The notes under the pieces were generated by a model. The model was not told the DNA's origin. It saw only the letters and a program-made list of their open reading frames with translations, and searched no databases. This document shows positions 34,136 through 44,504 of a stretch of DNA of 64,000 bases, in pieces. The stretch lies in IMG/VR virus record IMGVR_UViG_3300036820_000015, positions 13,652 to 77,651 of that record. The stretch is one strand, 5' to 3'. This DNA is from a virus. Made by a program: the position numbers and the translations under genes. Within the stretch, counting starts at the first letter, position 1; each line of letters begins with the position of its first letter.

Positions 34136-37100
34136 ATGAGCAATCAGGTAGTCACGCTCTGGCCTCAGGTCGATGTCTATGTCGGCAGTGGTGTCCTGTA
34201 CTCCACCGCAACGATCACCGGGGATGGCTTTCCCTTTACTGCTCCTGAAGACAACCTTGTCATTCCGGGGACGGCTACCGCTCCTACTACAGGGCCCTTC
34301 CCGGGTCAGGGCTTCCATGACCTCCTGACTCCCCCCTCTTCGCGCAACCTCATGGCGATGGAGAACCATACCACCAACGGCGGGGATGGTCCCATCTGGT
34401 TCGTCTACGAAGGTGGCTTCAATCTCAACGGCATGACCTGGGAGGCTGTCCTCGGTCGGCAAATCCGTAGCGTGCAGACCAATCTCCTCTTCGGCTACGA
34501 CGGTACTGACGCTTCCAACCCTGGCGGCCCCGGGAATCTATTCTTCCAACTCTGCTTCGGCCAGTACAACAACTTCATTCAGATTAACGTCGACATTCCG
34601 AGTTCGAGTCTCATCGCTGACTCCACAGAGAATCCTCCGGTGGGGACAACGGCTGGCTATGTCGGCAGTCTCTGTACCGCCAACGGCTCGCGTGGATTCC
34701 TCTACACCGACTTCATCCCTGCTGGACACGGAGGGGACCAGAGCATCTTTCTGAGTCTGGCTGTCTCCAGTGGTCAGCAGATCGACTTCACGAGTGCTGC
34801 TCTCAATGTTGCCTACAACGATCCTCCGAGCGCCCTACCTTCCATCCTGGGCCTGTCGAGTGGAGTGGTCCCTTCCCTAGCCCCCACTATCTCCTGGAAC
34901 TACTCAGACCCCGAGAGCGATAACCAGGCCATCTACCGCGTCGTTATCTTCAAGGCCTCAACAGTGGCCGCCTCCTCCTTCCCCCAACTCTTCACCGCCG
35001 ACGCTAGCCAGACTGTCCTCATCCCCTCTATTCCTAACCCTCTCGCCAATCCACAGCTTCTCGGTAGCCCGATCACTCTCCCGCTCACCGTCGTCACGGG
35101 CACTAACGACACCTTCAACACCGTAGGCGAGCCCTGGACGATCGCTGCTGGCACTTATACGACAATGGCTGAAGTGGCGTTGGCTATGGCTGCTGCCCCC
35201 GGGGGTGGAGCGGACTTCGGTTATTACATCACCCCAACCATTTACGGCAACCGTCTTCTCCTGGTCGGCACGGCTTCCTATACCCCAACCAGTCAGTCCG
35301 TCACAGCTGGGACAAATGATGTTGCTGCTGACCTTGGCTTCGGTGGCTCTGGCACCACGAACTTTAATAACACTCCCCAATCGCCTACCGGCATGATCTA
35401 CGACTCCGGGCCCATTACTTCCTCCGTCACCGCCCTCACCGTCCCCACAGGCGTCCTCAACAACTACGCCGCTTACACTGTCTTCGTCCTCGTATCCGAC
35501 ACCGGTTCCTCCGGCCGCTACAACACCGTGCTCGGACGCGGCATCAACACCACTCCGATCGCCATCACTGCTGTCTCTGTGGCCAACCCCACCCACATCA
35601 CTGCTGCTGGACACGGCCTCATTACCGGAGATGCCGTTGTCATCGCCGGGACAACCACCACTCCTTCGATCAATGGCACGCAGGTCGTCACCGTCATTGA
35701 CTCCTCCCACTTCACCATTCCGATTCATGTCACCGCCGTTTCGGTTGGTACCGGCACTGTCACCAACCAGCCTCAAGCCAACGTGGGCCTCGACTTCCAG
35801 ACCGCCGTCGAGCCCACCCTCATGCCCGCCATCGAGTTCCCCACCTCCCCAGGCTCCCCCTCCCTGGCCTTCGATCCCAACGCTGGGCGTATCGATGACA
35901 TCGTTGTCCGCGCCCGTCTCAATCTCCTCACCACCACCGACGCCGACTTTGTCCTCTCCACCGGCAACTGGGCCATCACCTCCGACTCGACCGGCTCCCC
36001 CTCTGCTCCGGCCTGGACCAATGAGACTGTCCCCGGTGGCCTGACCGAGAGGGTCATGGTCATCACCGCTGTCTCCTCCGGCGGTACGGCTGGGAACTAC
36101 TCCATCGGCGCCCACTCCGGTATCGTCACCGTCTCGGCCGGAGAAGTCCTCACCGCCGAGGCCAAGATCAAGAGTCCGGTCTCCACTCTCCCCTTCGCGC
36201 GCGTCGGCATCGAGTTCTTCTCTGACGCCATTGGCACCACCGCCGTCGGCCCGACCGTCTACTGCTCGCCCCAGTCCATGGCCCTCAACTCCTGGGTCAA
36301 AGACTTCGTCCAAGCGCGCGTGCCCAACGGGGCCATCACCGCCCGGCTCAAAGTCCTCGTGGCTGGAGCCAACGCCAGCGAGATGGCCTACATCTTCGAG
36401 GCCTCCATCGCCATGGGGGTCATCAACCTGCTGGACGATGCCAGCTTCGAGCAGTCCGGCTCCTCGAACGCCTCCTTCTGGGAGGACTTCAACGGGACCG
36501 TCACCTTCGTCGACATCCCGGGTGCCTCCTGGCCCTCAGGAGACCAGAGCGTCCAGCTGACCAACCCCGGGGCCGTCACCGCTCAGGTCATGACCACGGC
36601 CGCCCTGGGCGTCCTCACGGGCGGTATCAGCCTGCTCGGCTCCGTCGACGCCCAGCTGGTCTCTGGCGTGGCCACGGCCTCTCTGGGGGTCATCTGGAAC
36701 ACCACCTTCTCCGTCCCGACCATCATCGCCCTGACCTCGGCCTGGAGCCGCCTGGCCTTCCCCTTGACCGGCTCGGCCATTGTGGCAGCTGCTGGAAGTG
36801 ATCCGGCCCACATAGCCATCGAGTCAGCCACGACCGGGGCCTCGGTGGCCAACTTCGACAACATCCAGCTGGAGATGGCGTGGCCCTTCATAGGGGGCTT
36901 CCTGGTGCCGCTGGCGGGCAGTCCCATCCCGACCTCGGTGGCCCTCGGCTGGCCCACCGGGGTCGATCTCAGCTGCACCTCGGCCACCGGCTCGGGCACG
37001 ACGGTGGTCACCACACCGACCGCTCACGGGCTCGTGAGCGGCACCCAGGTGACCATTGGTGGCATGACCGGCTCCGGGGCCACGCCGGTCAACGGCACCT

Positions 37101-38347
37101 GGACGGCCACCGTCCTCTCCTCGACCACTTTCTCGGTCCCCGTCACCACGACCGGGAACGGGACCGCCGGTACCGTCACCTCCATCACCGGCCAGTTCTG
37201 GCAGCGCGGCGACTCCAATGGCGGGACCTGCACCATCGACAATGTCGTGCAGCAGCCCTCCGGGGCCCAGTCACTCAAGTCGGTGGTCAGCCCTACCGAT
37301 GGCCCGGCGAGTATCGAGCAGATCTTCACCGTCTCCGGTTGGCTCTCCTTCCAGATCCAATGGTACGAATCGGTGCAGACGTGTGGGACCTCGGTCTGCC
37401 AGCTGGAGTTCCGCGACTCGGCCGGGGTCCTGCTCTCCCAAGCCTTTGTCTCGGACGCTGTTATCTCGCCGCTGACCATCGACACCATGACCGGTACCGC
37501 CGTGGGCGAGCGCGGCACCTTCACCATCAATGTTCCAGCCAACGCCCAACGCTGCCGCATCTCGTTCATCAATACCAACGACGGCGGTGGGGTCAATACC
37601 TCGACGGTCTGGGTCAGTAATGTGGTCATCACCCCAACCGGGAACCTGGCGACCTCGACGCCATGGATGGACGGTGGTTGGTCGGCTGGCGGCTATTCAC
37701 AGAACGGCACCGTCCAGGTGGGACTGCAACGTTCACAGGACTTGGTCAACTGGGCCTTCGTGCGCCAGCCGCCAAACCCGGCCTCCCTCGACGTCGCTGT
37801 CGTCGGCCCCAACTTCGAGAATGACTTCACCGACTACGAATACCCGGGCGGCACGCGCTCGGTCCCGCAGTTCTTCTACTACCAGGCCATCGGGCTGTAC
37901 TCGACCGGTAACGGGATGATCCAGTCCCCGCTCGGACAGATCATCGAAGTGACCAACCTGCAGTCCTTCGCTCCGACCGAATGGATACTCGGGGACCCGC
38001 TCTATCCGACCTCGAACATCTTGCTGCAGGTGAAGAAGGCTAGCTTCAAGACAGCGGAGAATCAGACGGTGCTGATGCCCGCTGGCCGTGGCCGCAAGGT
38101 AGTTATGGGGGACACGCAGATATTCGGTAACACCATCACTCTCGAACTACTCACGATCACGCCCAACGACTACACCCTACTGCAGACTCAGTACCTGAAG
38201 GTGACGCCACTGATCCTGCGCTCGCCTGATGGTGAGTTCTGGTACGTGCGCCTGACTGACCGCTCGCGCGAACGCGTATGGACCGGACCGCGCAACGCCT
38301 ACCGGACGTACTCGCTGACCATGGAAACGGTCGATATCGTCCCGTGA
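34136..38347 (+). CDS. Large minor tail protein (distal tail-like with carbohydrate-binding modules)
   Basis: Follows tape measure; PTISWNYSDPESD, NLL...F/NLLDDASFE modules, C-terminal LILRSPDG. Confidence 0.8.
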   Translation: MSNQVVTLWPQVDVYVGSGVLYSTATITGDGFPFTAPEDNLVIPGTATAPTTGPFPGQGFHDLLTPPSSRNLMAMENHTTNGGDGPIWFVYEGGFNLNGMTWEAVLGRQIRSVQTNLLFGYDGTDASNPGGPGNLFFQLCFGQYNNFIQINVDIPSSSLIADSTENPPVGTTAGYVGSLCTANGSRGFLYTDFIPAGHGGDQSIFLSLAVSSGQQIDFTSAALNVAYNDPPSALPSILGLSSGVVPSLAPTISWNYSDPESDNQAIYRVVIFKASTVAASSFPQLFTADASQTVLIPSIPNPLANPQLLGSPITLPLTVVTGTNDTFNTVGEPWTIAAGTYTTMAEVALAMAAAPGGGADFGYYITPTIYGNRLLLVGTASYTPTSQSVTAGTNDVAADLGFGGSGTTNFNNTPQSPTGMIYDSGPITSSVTALTVPTGVLNNYAAYTVFVLVSDTGSSGRYNTVLGRGINTTPIAITAVSVANPTHITAAGHGLITGDAVVIAGTTTTPSINGTQVVTVIDSSHFTIPIHVTAVSVGTGTVTNQPQANVGLDFQTAVEPTLMPAIEFPTSPGSPSLAFDPNAGRIDDIVVRARLNLLTTTDADFVLSTGNWAITSDSTGSPSAPAWTNETVPGGLTERVMVITAVSSGGTAGNYSIGAHSGIVTVSAGEVLTAEAKIKSPVSTLPFARVGIEFFSDAIGTTAVGPTVYCSPQSMALNSWVKDFVQARVPNGAITARLKVLVAGANASEMAYIFEASIAMGVINLLDDASFEQSGSSNASFWEDFNGTVTFVDIPGASWPSGDQSVQLTNPGAVTAQVMTTAALGVLTGGISLLGSVDAQLVSGVATASLGVIWNTTFSVPTIIALTSAWSRLAFPLTGSAIVAAAGSDPAHIAIESATTGASVANFDNIQLEMAWPFIGGFLVPLAGSPIPTSVALGWPTGVDLSCTSATGSGTTVVTTPTAHGLVSGTQVTIGGMTGSGATPVNGTWTATVLSSTTFSVPVTTTGNGTAGTVTSITGQFWQRGDSNGGTCTIDNVVQQPSGAQSLKSVVSPTDGPASIEQIFTVSGWLSFQIQWYESVQTCGTSVCQLEFRDSAGVLLSQAFVSDAVISPLTIDTMTGTAVGERGTFTINVPANAQRCRISFINTNDGGGVNTSTVWVSNVVITPTGNLATSTPWMDGGWSAGGYSQNGTVQVGLQRSQDLVNWAFVRQPPNPASLDVAVVGPNFENDFTDYEYPGGTRSVPQFFYYQAIGLYSTGNGMIQSPLGQIIEVTNLQSFAPTEWILGDPLYPTSNILLQVKKASFKTAENQTVLMPAGRGRKVVMGDTQIFGNTITLELLTITPNDYTLLQTQYLKVTPLILRSPDGEFWYVRLTDRSRERVWTGPRNAYRTYSLTMETVDIVP

Positions 38348-38365
38348 GAGTCTGACCGATCTACC

Positions 38366-39841
38366 ATGTTTCCCTATCCCAGCGCGCGATTCGCGGCGGC
38401 TCTCCTCTATAGCCACAACGTGGCCATCAAGATGGAGATCTGGCAGTCCGGTGCCACCGCTCCCTCGTTCACCCTGGTCCAAGTGGACGACATGTTCTCG
38501 ACCACGGCTCCACTGGTGCTGGTCGACGGCAGTGTCACCTATGACAAGACCTCTGACCAACGCGGTCAGTGTACGGTCACCGTCGTCAGCCCGGATGGCT
38601 CCATGGTGCCGAAGCTACCCACCGACCTCATCACGCCTTGGGGCAATGAGATCCGCCTCTACCGCGGCATCTACTATCCGCCACAGAACGTCTTCGTCCC
38701 CTCTTCTCCCAACACCATCCCGGCCATCCTCAACCAGTCCGGCATCGTCATCCCCTCTTTTGTCGACGGTATCTGGGAGGCCGGTGAGTTGGTCAACGGT
38801 GGCCTGCGGATCGAAGGCAGTCTCACCTACGACGGAGTCGTCTCGGTGGTGGATGACTACTCGGAGTACGTCCCCCTCGGCGTGTTCCGCATGTCCAAGG
38901 TGGAGATCGACGACCAGTCCGGCGTGCCCAAGATGACCATCACCGGCTACGACCGCTCGCGCAACGTCTCGCGTAACGTGGTCCAGTACTACTGGCCGGA
39001 CTTCAACACTCAGTCCCTCATCCTCAATCAGCCTTGGGCCAACATGATCCAGGTAGCACTGTCCGATCGTTGGTCACCCATTCAGTTCGACGGTACCGTC
39101 ACCGAGTGGACTGCACTGCAGAACGATCCCACCAACCAGACCATCCCCAACTTCCTACAGTCCTTCTCCGAAGGTAGTGACCTCTTCGATCAGATGCGCC
39201 AGTACGCTCAGGCCGCTGGCTGCGACCTCTCCATGACGCGCCAGGGGATCTGCTCACTCTACAAGGACCCCAACTTCGTGAACATGCAGTCAGGGTCGGG
39301 ACCCCCGGTCGCTACTTTCGTCGAAGGCGCCACCGCTACTTTCGAGGAAGCCAAACGTACGCTCGATGACTCGGTGGCCTACAACCAGGTCATCGTCTAT
39401 GGTGCTGGCGACATCCTGGGTGTGCCGCTGTTCACCTATCCGCCGAACGGAACGCCAGCGGTCGACAACGACGAGAACTCACCCACGTACATTGGCGTGC
39501 CGACCCTCGACTCCTCGGGCAACTACTCGTACTCCGGTGGCAGCGCTTACGGTGTCGTCACCCACATCGTGAACAACAATCTGCTGACGACCATCGAGAT
39601 GTGCCAGAACTTCGCCAGCTTGCAGCTGGCCATCGATATCGGTTCCCAGGAGGCGGTCGACCTCCCGGCTTCGGCGGTCAATCCCTGTATCGACGTCGAT
39701 GACCTGGTGGCCGTGCAGAGAACGCGCATCGGGATCTCGGCCTCGGTCGGTTATGTGGTGAGTAACACCCAGATCCCGTTGATGGCCACCGCTAAGCAGA
39801 CCATGTCGGTACGCGAGAAGAGGAACCTGACCTTTGTGTGA
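38366..39841 (+). CDS. Minor tail protein (baseplate hub-like)
   Basis: DGSVTYD...PWGNEIRLYRGI...VPLGVF...GYDRS...YNQVIV. Confidence 0.82.
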   Translation: MFPYPSARFAAALLYSHNVAIKMEIWQSGATAPSFTLVQVDDMFSTTAPLVLVDGSVTYDKTSDQRGQCTVTVVSPDGSMVPKLPTDLITPWGNEIRLYRGIYYPPQNVFVPSSPNTIPAILNQSGIVIPSFVDGIWEAGELVNGGLRIEGSLTYDGVVSVVDDYSEYVPLGVFRMSKVEIDDQSGVPKMTITGYDRSRNVSRNVVQYYWPDFNTQSLILNQPWANMIQVALSDRWSPIQFDGTVTEWTALQNDPTNQTIPNFLQSFSEGSDLFDQMRQYAQAAGCDLSMTRQGICSLYKDPNFVNMQSGSGPPVATFVEGATATFEEAKRTLDDSVAYNQVIVYGAGDILGVPLFTYPPNGTPAVDNDENSPTYIGVPTLDSSGNYSYSGGSAYGVVTHIVNNNLLTTIEMCQNFASLQLAIDIGSQEAVDLPASAVNPCIDVDDLVAVQRTRIGISASVGYVVSNTQIPLMATAKQTMSVREKRNLTFV

Positions 39842-39853
39842 CAGAGGAGACCT

Positions 39854-40498
39854 ATGAGCAACTTCCCCGCTATCAGACAGGTAGTGACGCTGCTCGACGA
39901 CATGCGGCCACCGACCACGCAGAAGGGCAAGTCGCGCTCGGCGCCCGGCACACTCGAAGTGCGCATGGGCTTCATCCCTTACACCGATCCCAAAGGGGTC
40001 ATCAGTGGGCGCCCGATCAATACCAATGCTGCCGGGGAAGCGACCATGCCCCATTCGGTCAAGGTAACTGCCGGACAGGTGATGTCAGGGACCTTCACGC
40101 TGAACGTGGAGGCCAATGGGGATAGCCCGGCGACGAGTGCCTTCACCGGCTCGGGCAGTCTGACAGTGCCGGTAGCTGGCGGCCCGCCGGTCACCATCAC
40201 CTATGGCACCAAGTCGGGGACGAGCTTCGGGGGCTGCACGGGCGGCGGTGGAGCGGTGACAGCGGCCGGACTGGTGGTCCAGGGGATTGGAGTGCCCCTG
40301 CAGTGCATCCTGGCTCCCGGGACCGCCCTGGTCGTCTTCGGGCCCACCTCGAACTACGGCGTCCCCTGGCCGGTGCAGTTCGGGCCACCGACCACCCAGA
40401 ACGTCACCCCGCCGGGCTACACCTATCCGGGCTCAGCTGTGATCTGCCTCTCCCAGCCGCCCTATCTCTTCATCCTGGGGAACATGCCCGGGGCCTAG
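39854..40498 (+). CDS. Minor tail protein
   Basis: GAGGAG RBS; Gly/Thr-rich; last structural gene. Confidence 0.7.
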   Translation: MSNFPAIRQVVTLLDDMRPPTTQKGKSRSAPGTLEVRMGFIPYTDPKGVISGRPINTNAAGEATMPHSVKVTAGQVMSGTFTLNVEANGDSPATSAFTGSGSLTVPVAGGPPVTITYGTKSGTSFGGCTGGGGAVTAAGLVVQGIGVPLQCILAPGTALVVFGPTSNYGVPWPVQFGPPTTQNVTPPGYTYPGSAVICLSQPPYLFILGNMPGA

Positions 40499-40511
40499 GT
40501 GGCACACGGTA

Positions 40512-40784
40512 GTGTGGACCTTACCAGTGTGCCTACTGATCTTGGAGGACCGAGCGTTGAGCGTTGAGAGACTCTGTACCGATTGCCGAAGTCCAGGACC
40601 GTTCCCCACCCTGGCAGCGCTGAAGTGTACGCGCTGCCGGAAGAAGATCGCCAAAGGTCGGGGGGAGTATCTGCGTGGGTATGACAGGGCGCGTAAGAGG
40701 GCGATCAAGAGACTGATCGAGATGCACCCGCGCGTGTTCAGGAAGTTGATGGCAGAAGAGAGGACGCGGGGGGAGAAGAAGTAA
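40512..40784 (+). CDS. Basic zinc-ribbon hypothetical protein
   Basis: CTDC...CTRC, Arg/Lys-rich. Confidence 0.5.
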   Translation: MWTLPVCLLILEDRALSVERLCTDCRSPGPFPTLAALKCTRCRKKIAKGRGEYLRGYDRARKRAIKRLIEMHPRVFRKLMAEERTRGEKK

Positions 40785-40805
40785 GGAGCACGCGGTGTTG
40801 ATCTG

Positions 40806-41596
40806 TCATGACTCGGGTACCTCAATCTTGGGTGGGTCGAGCCGCCAAGACACCAAGCGGCCTGGGAGTAGGACAATCTCCCCCGACTGCCACCAGCGGC
40901 GATAGAGCGCCGAGGTCATGATGGCGTTCTTCCGGGCAGCCTCCGCTGCCGTGTAGTGGTCGAGCCGGCGCCGGTGGCCTCGCAACTTGAACGTCCTCAG
41001 ACGTAGGCGCCCTATTCGGACAGTCCGAGTCTTGACAGGGGCCAATGTGCCCGTTGCCATCTGAACTTCAGCTTCCTCACCTGGGTTGTCACTCACTTCA
41101 CTCCTCCATCCAACACGCCGTAGGCCGTACATCTGCGGGGATCGGCCCCCATCCAGCCTGGTGGTTGTAGCCGGTCACAGTGCCCCCGGCGAGGCCGAGG
41201 TATTCGCCATTTGGTGCCCACCGAGCGAACGGGTTGTCCCTCATATCGTCTAGTCGTCGGACGCCGCACCAGTCACAAAGGCCGTCCTCCTGGGTTGCCT
41301 CTTTCGCACAGGCCACGCCGTGCCAGACGCATCGACATGCCACGGCTAGCGATTCACTCACCCAGTGCCTCCAGAGCACAGTTGTCAGGGCAACAGAAGT
41401 GGAAGCCACGGAGTTTCCCGGTCACCTTGCAGAACGACCAGTAATGGCCCTGGTGGTTATTGCCGGTGTGCCGATGGCATCGGGAGCACACGTTGCTGTA
41501 ACCGTCACATGGCCCTTCCTGGCACCACTCGCACCGTGTTTCTTCTGTGATTGAATCCCCGCTCTCTACAGGTTCTTGATGTGTTTGGTCATTCAT
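40806..41596 (-). CDS. Small hypothetical proteins (three ORFs, two Cys-rich)
   Basis: Coupled ORFs at the end of the leftward operon. Confidence 0.5.
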
Positions 41597-41599
41597 TGC

Positions 41600-42190
41600 T
41601 CATGGCTTTCTCAGCACCCAAAGAGTGCTGTGGTTACGGCGAGCGTGACGCTGTGGCCCGGATTGCGGTCGGATGGACGAGAGGTGCTCGAAACGGTCAG
41701 CCACACGGAACCCAAGCGACAGGGCGGTCGTCAGGGTCAGATGCGAACCCAGCCACAGGGTGTCGTGGGTCCAGACGTAGTCCTGGCATTTCACCAGAAC
41801 GACCCCTTTCCGCATTACCACCCGAAAGCACTCCATCAGGCCCTTGTCGATGTTCGCTTGTACTTCTCCTGGTGTCGTGGGTGCATCGAATAAGCCATAC
41901 CGCTCACGCACGTCGGGGAGGGTCGTTCCCCGGCGCATAGCGACGTAAGGCGGGTCGAAGGCAACGGCCTGGAACTCCTCTGGCCCGTACCACATCGCCC
42001 GAAAGTCCCAGCCATCAGCGGGGTCAGGGCGGTGGAGCGTCTTTGGCTTCCATTCCGTCCACCAGTTTCCCAGACCCCAGGTGGCGTCGAGCGTCTTATC
42101 ATCGGGGCTCAGGTAGCCGAGTTGGGCGACGGCAGCAATCAAAGCACCGTTGCTCGTCCAGTGAAAGGCTCCGAGAACGTCAGCGCTCAT
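41600..42190 (-). CDS. DNA amino-methyltransferase (N6-A/N4-C type)
   Basis: LDATWGLGNWW motif I variant followed by FDPPY motif IV. Confidence 0.8.
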   Translation of the reverse strand: MSADVLGAFHWTSNGALIAAVAQLGYLSPDDKTLDATWGLGNWWTEWKPKTLHRPDPADGWDFRAMWYGPEEFQAVAFDPPYVAMRRGTTLPDVRERYGLFDAPTTPGEVQANIDKGLMECFRVVMRKGVVLVKCQDYVWTHDTLWLGSHLTLTTALSLGFRVADRFEHLSSIRPQSGPQRHARRNHSTLWVLRKP

Positions 42191-42219
42191 TGTGGCTCCC
42201 GTCGTCCTCTATGCGGAGT

Positions 42220-42866
42220 TCATACATCTTTGACCCCAGCCCCGATGATGGTGGCGTTGTGGGCCGTTACCATGAAATCGTCATTCATACACTTGTCACC
42301 AGGGAGGGTCACCAGGGTCAATCCGACCTCTGACCGCATCCATTCGGTAAGAACAACATCCAGATAATCCTCGGGGGTGGGCTCGCCGTTCTCGGCCCAG
42401 ATGGCGGCAGACTCGGGAAGGTCGTCGGCCCAGATGCCGTCTACCGCAATCGTCAGTACCAGTTTTTTGGTCGGCTTCGGCTCAGTTGCCATTGCGGTCA
42501 CTGTCCTCTCCTGGCTGGTCCGTGATGTTGACCATTTTGCGCGTGTGGTCCACAGTAACCACCCGTGCCATTTCAGCGCCTGGCACCTTTACACTTTCAC
42601 CGAGTTGAGGGGCTCTGTCATCTGTTGCCATCGTGGCTCCTGTCCTCATCTCCCACGCTTGTTGACCCGCCTTCCACCATCTGCCTCTGCTGTTTCAGGA
42701 CCCACAGCTCCTCGTCGTAACGACAATCGCAGGGTGCGCCGGGGCTTTTTTTCGTCTTGCACCAGCCGTGGTGCTGGCCGTAGTTCTCTAAGACGCTGAT
42801 CGCTTGATTGACGGTAGAAACAGCCAGAGCATGTTGGATCTTTAGTCCATCCTCACGAGTGGCCAT
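42220..42866 (-). CDS. Hypothetical proteins (42220-42501; 42618-42866)
   Basis: ORFs with GGAG RBS. Confidence 0.5.
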
Positions 42867-42903
42867 CGTTGCTCCTGTCTTTCATCTCCTACGAGTTCTA
42901 ACC

Positions 42904-44061
42904 TCATGGCTGATATGCGGCCACATTATTGGCGGTCGACCCTACAATCGTCGCCCCGCTCAGCACGTCCACCGGACTCAACACATTCCCTTTGCTGCTC
43001 CCATCACCAACGGCCCCCAGCCGGTCGCTCCCACAGGCCCACACGTTCCCGCTCGTATCGATCCCGTAGCTCGTATACCCACCGGTCGCCACACTACTCA
43101 ACGTCACTCCGCTGGGCAGCGCCGTGAAAGCCTGCACCGGAGTCGAGTTGGTGGCCGACTGTGTCCCGTTGCAGAACTGGCCGAAGGAATCATTCCCCCA
43201 GATGTACGGCACTCCACTGCTCAGCATGGCGATGGCCTGACCGTTGGTGTTGATCGAGCCTCCGGTATACACCTGCGTGGCCACGCTTCCACTGGGCAGA
43301 TTCACCTGCACCGGCACGTCGCTATTCGTCGTCGTCCCGTTGCCCAGCTGGCCCCACTCGTTTTGGCCCCAGTCCCACACTTGGCCACTGGTCAAGATGG
43401 CCGACGACGTTGTCTCCCCGGCCGAGATCTGAGTCACCCCCGTCAGCCCGGTCACACTCACCACCGTGGTGCTATTCGTCGTCGTCCCGTTGCCCAGCTG
43501 GCCGTTGCTGTTCCCGCCGCACGCTTCCACCGTCCCGCTGCTCGTCAGGAAGATCTCGTGGTCACTACCGCCTGCCGTCGCTGTGACCCCGCTCAATGGC
43601 AGCAGGGTCGGACTGTGGTGCTGGGCGGTGTTACCGAGACACAGCTGGCCACCGGCGTTGTAACCCCAGCCGTACACCGTGCCGGTACTACTGACAGCGA
43701 AGTTGGTGTCTTGGGATTCACCGATGCTCACGATGGTCGGCAGTCCCGGGACCCGAACAGCAGCGGCCACATGGTTGACCGTGTCGCCCTGGCCGAGAGC
43801 CCCGTGGGTCCCGAGGCCCCAGGCGAACACATTGCCGCTGGAGTCGAGAGCGATGCCACTGGCGTTACCGACGGCCATCTGCACGATGCCGCTGAGTCCA
43901 CTGATCGGTGTGGGGGTGTCGCTCTCGTGTGAGTCTGAGACGCCAACGGTGACGAGTGCTCCCCAGCGTTGGCCGGTCGGTGTCTGGGCGCTGGCGATGC
44001 AGCTGGATAGCCCGATGACGGCCGTAGCCGCTAGGACAGCAGTGATGATGGTCCGTTTCAT
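42904..44061 (-). CDS. Secreted/lipoprotein RCC1-repeat (BLIP-II-like) beta-propeller
   Basis: AGGAG RBS, MKRTIITAVLAATAVIGLSSC signal/lipobox, repeats of G.V..WG.N..GQLG.G. Confidence 0.88.
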   Translation of the reverse strand: MKRTIITAVLAATAVIGLSSCIASAQTPTGQRWGALVTVGVSDSHESDTPTPISGLSGIVQMAVGNASGIALDSSGNVFAWGLGTHGALGQGDTVNHVAAAVRVPGLPTIVSIGESQDTNFAVSSTGTVYGWGYNAGGQLCLGNTAQHHSPTLLPLSGVTATAGGSDHEIFLTSSGTVEACGGNSNGQLGNGTTTNSTTVVSVTGLTGVTQISAGETTSSAILTSGQVWDWGQNEWGQLGNGTTTNSDVPVQVNLPSGSVATQVYTGGSINTNGQAIAMLSSGVPYIWGNDSFGQFCNGTQSATNSTPVQAFTALPSGVTLSSVATGGYTSYGIDTSGNVWACGSDRLGAVGDGSSKGNVLSPVDVLSGATIVGSTANNVAAYQP

Positions 44062-44355
44062 GATGGTGTTGTCTCCTTGTTTTCCTGGTGGGGTTCTGAG
44101 TTTTCGAGTACGCGGTCGCGGTGCTTGGCGCAAAACTGAGCCTGGATCTCTTCTCCATCGGGTAGATGCAGCACGATGATTTTTGACGGCTTGGTTCTGG
44201 CAGGGCTCGGGGTCGTCAGGTCGGCCGATGACGCGGTCGTTGCCCCTGCCCCAGCCCCAGTGGCAGCCGATGAGGGTATGGATCATGTTCTGGGCCTCGG
44301 GGTCACCGTCAACAATCTGCTTCATCTCTTTGATGCCCATGCGCTTCTCGGTCAT
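44058..44355 (-). pseudogene. Small Cys/His protein interrupted by a one-base frameshift in an A5 run (T5 at 44180-44184)
   Basis: Removing one A gives ...AVKIIVLHLPDGEEIQAQFCAKHRD...PS* ending in an ATGA overlap with the RCC1 gene. Confidence 0.6.
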
Positions 44356-44504
44356 GACGCACTCCTTTCGCGAGCAATCCTCAGTCCGTAGTAGTACCCA
44401 TGCCGCAGCGAACAGAAGAAACCGTTCCCGTCGTAGCCGTAGCCCTTAATGAAACGCGCTCTGGGGAGTGGGTGGCTGCAGTAGAGACAGTTCGGGATCA
44501 TCAA

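Noticed and set aside
34958-36313. 451-aa Gly/Asp-rich - strand ORF
   Set aside because: Shadow of the minor tail gene.
42808-43932. 374-aa + strand ORF with repeats
   Set aside because: Antisense reflection of the RCC1 repeats.
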